Shown: one piece after another, positions 22,704 to 27,393 of the stretch
How positions within the stretch are numbered: position 1 is the first letter of the stretch
Layout of the letters: every line of letters starts with the position of its first letter
Assembly (NCBI GenBank): GCA_030141605.1
Contig: JAQGDQ010001736.1
Span: forward strand, 1-27,393
Length of the DNA: 27,393 nt
Direction of reading: 5' to 3'
From: Tubiluchus corallicola
Taxonomy: Eukaryota; Animalia; Priapulida
Translations under genes and position numbers: made by a program
Notes under the pieces: model-generated
Database searches by the model: none
What the model was told of the DNA's origin: nothing
Seen by the model: the letters and a program-made list of their open reading frames with translations, nothing else

Positions 22704-23036
22704 ACCGTAACTACGGCAACAAGAGGAAAGTTGTCATGGCCGTAACTATGGCAACAAGAGGAGAGTTGTCATGACCGTAACTACGGCAACAAGAGGAAAG
22801 TTGTCATGGCTGTAACTATGGCAACAAGAGGAGAGTTGTCATGACCGTAACTACGGCAACAAGAGGAAAGTTGTCATGACCGTAACTACGGCAACAAGAG
22901 GAAAGTTGTCATGGCTGTAACTATGGCAACAAGAGGAAAGTTGTCATGACCGTAACTACGGCAACAAGAGGAGTTATCATGACCGTAACTATGGCAACAA
23001 GAGGAGAGTTGTCATGACCGTAACTATGGCAACAAG
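22704..23036. repeat. 35-bp minisatellite, about 9.5 copies
   Basis: Unit accgtaactayggcaacaagaggaragttgtcatg. Confidence 0.95.
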
Positions 23037-23932
23037 CAGACAGTCGATGCAGCTCGCCTGCAGCCGTTGGAAGAACTAGCGTCTATTATTGTCCACGCAA
23101 ACATTGTCTTTAAATCAACCAGTCAAAAATCGATACGGAGTAAGACCTACGCACGACACGGTTATTGTCAATTACGAACACTATGTACAGCATTTGTGCC
23201 ACAAGCGGGGAAAATTATGACCGTTTTTCTAACGAAACTAGAAACTATCAGCTCAACTGTACTGCACGTGACACAAGACAGAGCGGAGAGTGATCTACGC
23301 GAGAATAAAAAAAACGGCACTCGTCTAAAACATCGCGAAAGGACGACGAAAGAGTAATACTAAAAATTGCATAGGCATTCAAACGGCGGCGGCGGCGGCG
23401 GCGGCAGAAAGCTAAAAACGCTGACGATGGTAGTCATACTTACAGTCGAACTTTGCAAAAGTGTCTATTTACAACGTATGTGACATTTTTAAATAGAGAA
23501 TGAAAAGTACATATTTACAATCGAGTGTCATATTCTCTGTACATCACGAACATGTGATTGTGTACACTATTTACACTGCATCTATAACGATTGTTGACGA
23601 TAATTAGTATGTACAACGGTTATTATACAAGCGTGGCGGGACGGGTCCGTCCTAATACGACCGCACTAAAGCGGGGTTTTGCACACAAACTAGGCCTTTG
23701 TTTCGACCGCAGAGTGGGAGATTCGAACAGTTTGGGAGTCGGACCGTTTTCGCGTCCTCACAACGCAGGGACACGGCAACGGTACGCAAGAAACGCACTC
23801 GGTGCCGACGAGGGCGCCGTTGCCATGGCAACGCCTGCTCGACAGATGCCGTGCCAGTACAATTCCTGCGTCTTCTTCACTGTCGGACACGAGTCGATAT
23901 AAATGCATTTCGCTCGGTGTGCCGCGTGTACG

Positions 23933-24097
23933 CTAGGCGACGTAGTCCGCATCGCTCGCCGCATCACTGTCAGCATCCAGCACGCTTTCCTCATCCTCGT
24001 CCTCTGACTCCGCCTTGCGTTTCTTGTGCTTGTGCTTCTTATGCTTCTTGTGCTTGTGCTTGTGTTTCTTATGCTTCTTGTGTCCCGACGGCGTTTC
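23933..24097 (-). CDS. NIPBL: Terminal coding exon of a probable Nipped-B/NIPBL gene (His/Lys-rich then acidic tail)
   Basis: tttcag acceptor in phase 0 with the preceding exon and TAG at 23935-23933. Identity is inferred from the 26224-26356 exon. Confidence 0.6.
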   Translation of the reverse strand, partial: ETPSGHKKHKKHKHKHKKHKKHKHKKRKAESEDEDEESVLDADSDAASDADYVA

Positions 24098-24136
24098 CTG
24101 AAAAAAGCAAGGACGAAGTTGAACGTCGCTGGACAC

Positions 24137-24511
24137 TAGGGGTGAGCAACGAACATTCGAATTCGATTCGAACGAATTTTTTTTAATTCAAATTCGACTC
24201 GAACCTAAAATCGTAGATTTAAATAATTCACTGCTTCAACTACATGCATTCTTTATCATTAAAATGTTTAAACCTTCATACAATCAGCACAATTTAGCAG
24301 TGATTTCTGTGCAAAATTTTTAAACAAATTATTAGTGTTTTTACTGCAGAACAATATCAAGCAATATGCAAGATCTTTTGATTAATTTCTTCATAATCTT
24401 TTTAAAACTGAATTCAAATTCAACATCTTAAAATTTGCTTTCATTAAAGCTCGAAAGTCAAAAATTCGATTCGATTCGAATTTGCTTTCTGATAGAGAAT
24501 GTTCACCTCTA
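24137..24511. mobile_element. hAT-like MITE filling most of the last NIPBL intron
   Basis: Ends TAGGGGTGAGCA...TGTTCACCTCTA, subterminal (att)tcga repeats, and a degenerate 8-bp TSD ctggacac/atagacac. Confidence 0.7.
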
Positions 24512-24555
24512 ATAGACACGTATCGTTATTTTGAAACGCCAACGGCTGCACTTAC

Positions 24556-24758
24556 CCGCTCTTGTTGATCCTGCTCAAAGTGAAGATGTGCCATATTGCT
24601 GTTAGTCTCTTCTAGCATGATTTCGGGTGGTTCTACTATGTTAGCTTGCTCGCCGTAGTTGGTCTCGTCGGTGGCGGACACTGCGGCACGCTCTAGTATG
24701 ACAGACGGCATCATAGCCGGAGTCAGAGTCGGTGGCAAATCACCGTCCGGTCCAACGT
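24556..24758 (-). CDS. NIPBL: Penultimate exon of the probable NIPBL gene (DVGPDGDLPPTLTPAMM...EQDQQER)
   Basis: tgttag acceptor and gtaagt donor. Phases 1/0 fit both neighbours. Confidence 0.6.
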
Positions 24759-24916
24759 CTAACACAAGACAGAAATCAACATTGTAAATCTCCCGTATAA
24801 AACAGTACAGTAACAGAACTTGTGCAACACACAGAATAAATTCAGTGGAATGAAATTCAAGTTAATTTTGATGCTTTTGTGTTCACAGTTTGAACCTAAC
24901 ACACTTTTCGTATTTG

Positions 24917-25435
24917 CAGGGATGAGAATGACAAATTGCAAAAAACTCTGAAACAGGCCGGGGGTTTGGGAGCCATCTAGGTCCCCAATGGGGTTGAGAG
25001 GCAAAGTCCCCATGGGGGTTAAAGGTGGCGACGCCCCCTTGGAGCTAGAAACAAATTGAAATTTTGTGACCACAGGGAGCCTCTAAGTGGACTTAAAATA
25101 TCAATTACCTTGTTTCATGCATAATTTAAAATACCCAACTATCAAGGATACATGATACTTAATTGTCTCAAACATGCCTAAGTACTGGCTGCTCCTATGC
25201 AAAAGTATATAAAAACTGTCTGCAACTGAGTCAAATAACTCTGCACAATTGATTCTATACACTGATGTACGTGATGTAAACAAAGTGACGGCCTGCCAAC
25301 TAGCGGTCAGCTCGTGAAATAATGTACTGGGTCCGTAAAAATTTTCTCAACGAATTTACGTGATTTACAAAAATGGCACTACTGGTCTTCCAAAAACTCG
25401 GAATTCGACGTATCCGCGCAAAATTCTCATCCCTG
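24917..25435 (-). mobile_element. Full-length MITE family A (519 bp), hAT-like CAGGG ends
   Basis: Perfect 13-bp TIR CAGGGATGAGAAT/ATTCTCATCCCTG flanked by the direct repeat TATTTG. Three other partial copies occur in the window. Confidence 0.88.
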
Positions 25436-25939
25436 TATTTGGGTAACCACTCTTAGCTAAATACTTACCACTACTTAAAGTACAAAAAAGTTTTTACTTA
25501 CTTAAAACTAAAAAATTTCGTACCACCTACACACTGCGTTATTGCATACAGAGCTTGCATTAGCAGCAACTTTGTACGGAACTTGTAAATTTAAACTCCA
25601 ACGATTTAAGTCATTTAAAAAGTTTTGATAACATTGAGTAAAGTTTGAAAAAATAATCAAAGCATTCGTAGCGCACATGTTGCTAAGCAAAATGTCAAAT
25701 TACTGTATCTTGTTAGTAAGATTAAGAATACATTTTTGGTTAGTGAGTGGCGCACCCTGGAGGGTGAGTCATCAACATTTTACCAATTGGCACAAACATT
25801 TTAAATGATTATTTCTAGTTGAATAAGTCTTTCTAGCAGAAAAGTAATATAGATTTGCATGGAAAGTTTTTTGGGACATAGTTTAACATTGCCTTTTCTT
25901 CTTCTGATGTACGATGTGCATATATGACGTCATGTAATG

Positions 25940-26025
25940 AGCCAGTGATGCACACTGGGATGGTGAGCCAGTGATGCACACTGGGAAGGTTAGCCAGTGA
26001 TGCACACTGGGAAGGTGAGCCAGTG
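25940..26025. repeat. 26-bp tandem repeat, about 3.3 copies
   Basis: Unit gagccagtgatgcacactgggaaggt. Confidence 0.88.
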
Positions 26026-26223
26026 CCTTTTTACCAGTTGGTGCAAAAACTTAAGAATTTTCTTTTCTAATTACGTAAGTCTTTCAAACAGGTAAGCGAA
26101 ACGCTAAATAATATAATTTTGCATGGAAAGTTTTTAGGTACATACTTCAAAATTGCTTGTATCTTCCCGTTTAAATACACGAGTAACACCGTTATTGATT
26201 AGCAACTGAAAACGGCAACGTAC

Positions 26224-26356
26224 CAATGGACACGTCCTGAGCCGCGTCTTTAGCAGTAGCATCCCCGGATTCTGCCGATTGTCCAGGATTCGTCTTCGCA
26301 GCTTCTTCCTCGTCCTCCTCCTCGCTAGGATCGATGCTCAGCATCAGCTGTTTGAA
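26224..26356 (-). CDS. NIPBL: Exon of a probable Nipped-B/NIPBL cohesin loader (FKQLMLSIDPSEEEDEEE...), absent from the ORF track
   Basis: Acceptor cccggttctag and donor gtacgt. Resembles the end of the NIPBL conserved region as recalled (human YLDFKLLMEHLDPDEEEEE); only about 18 residues are informative. Confidence 0.65.
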
Positions 26357-26562
26357 CTAGAACCGGGAAGGAAGAACGTAGTCATTTCAAAGACGCGAGC
26401 CAACTTTAGTCGGCAGTGTGTCAGGAAACAAAGATTTGATGACGTGACAACAGATGTCAGTTTTAATCATTTTAGTTTTCAGGGACAATTAAACTATGTA
26501 TAATTCGCACACCTCGGAAAGTTTGTTTGAGTGTTACAATGTTTGTAAGAAAACAAAATTGG

Positions 26563-27381
26563 AAAACGTTTTTTACTGCATACGAAAAATGTTCTTTTAC
26601 TGCATACGAAAACCGTTCTTTTACTGCATACGAAAAACGTTCTTTTACTGCATACGAAAGACGTTCTTTTACTGCATACGAAAGACGTTCTTTTACTGCA
26701 TACGAAAAACGTTCTTTTACTGCATACGAAAAACGTTCTTTTACTGCATACGAAAGACGTTCTTTTACTGCATACGAAAAACGTTCTTTTATTGCATATG
26801 AAAAACGTTCTTTTACTGCATATGAAAAACGTTCTTTTATTGCATATGAAAAACGTTCTTTTACTGCATATGAAAAACATTCTTTTATTGCATATGAAAA
26901 ACGTTCTTTTACTGCATATGAAAAACATTCTTTTATTGCATATGAAAAACGTTCTTTTACTGCATATGAAAACCGTTCTTTCACGGCATACGGAAAATGT
27001 TCTTTTACTGCATACGAAAAACGTTCTTTTACTGCATATGAAAAACGTTCTTTTACTGCATATGAAAAACGTTCTTTTATTGCATATGAAAAACGTTCTT
27101 TTACTGCATACGAAAAACGTTCTTTTATTGCATATGAAAAACGTTCTTTTACTGCATATGAAAAACATTCTTTTACTGCATATGAAAAACGTTCTTTTAC
27201 TGCATATGAAAAACGTTCTTTTATTGCATATGAAAAACGTTCTTTTACTGCATACGAAAAACGTTCTTTTATTGCATATGAAAAACGTTCTTTTACTGCA
27301 TATGAAAAACATTCTTTTACTGCATATGAAAAACGTTCTTTTACTGCATATGAAAAACGTTCTTTTACTGCATATGAAAAC
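26563..27381. repeat. 24-bp minisatellite, about 34 copies, intronic
   Basis: Unit aaaacgttcttttactgcatatga. Confidence 0.96.
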
Positions 27382-27393
27382 AGTGAATTTTTG

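Noticed and set aside
23591-24186. Plus-strand ORFs of 103 and 162 aa
   Set aside because: They are antisense shadows of the GC-rich terminal exon and UTR, with no recognisable motif.
23933-26356. TAF2 as the identity of the minus-strand gene
   Set aside because: Only the low-complexity HK tail suggests it, while FKQLMLSIDP-acidic fits Nipped-B/NIPBL better. Not confirmed by a search.
26472-27312. 170- and 272-aa repeat ORFs
   Set aside because: They come from a 24-bp satellite open in several frames within an intron.

Overview
Eukaryotic (animal, probably invertebrate) genomic DNA with long, repeat-filled introns. The + strand holds the last eight coding exons of Wntless (wls/Evi/GPR177), 3578..17021. 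They splice in phase through GT-AG introns into an uninterrupted C-terminal half ending in TAG. The - strand holds the last three coding exons of a probable Nipped-B/NIPBL gene (26356..23933), convergent with wls. Inside the 5-kb wls intron (6419..11478) is a nested, antisense, spliced gene only partly visible in the ORF track. It encodes a CX3C-(Asp/Glu)18-CX3C hairpin followed by two Cys-rich repeats. In the second repeat an in-frame TGA sits where the first repeat has Cys, so it is either a selenocysteine/readthrough candidate or a young pseudogene; I found no convincing SECIS by eye. The rest is minisatellites, several TIR/MITE families and a LINE RT relic. Notable structures are an inverted MITE pair bracketing the last two wls exons and a tandem array of amplified splice donors. 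Gene calls come from remembered family sequences, not a database search.
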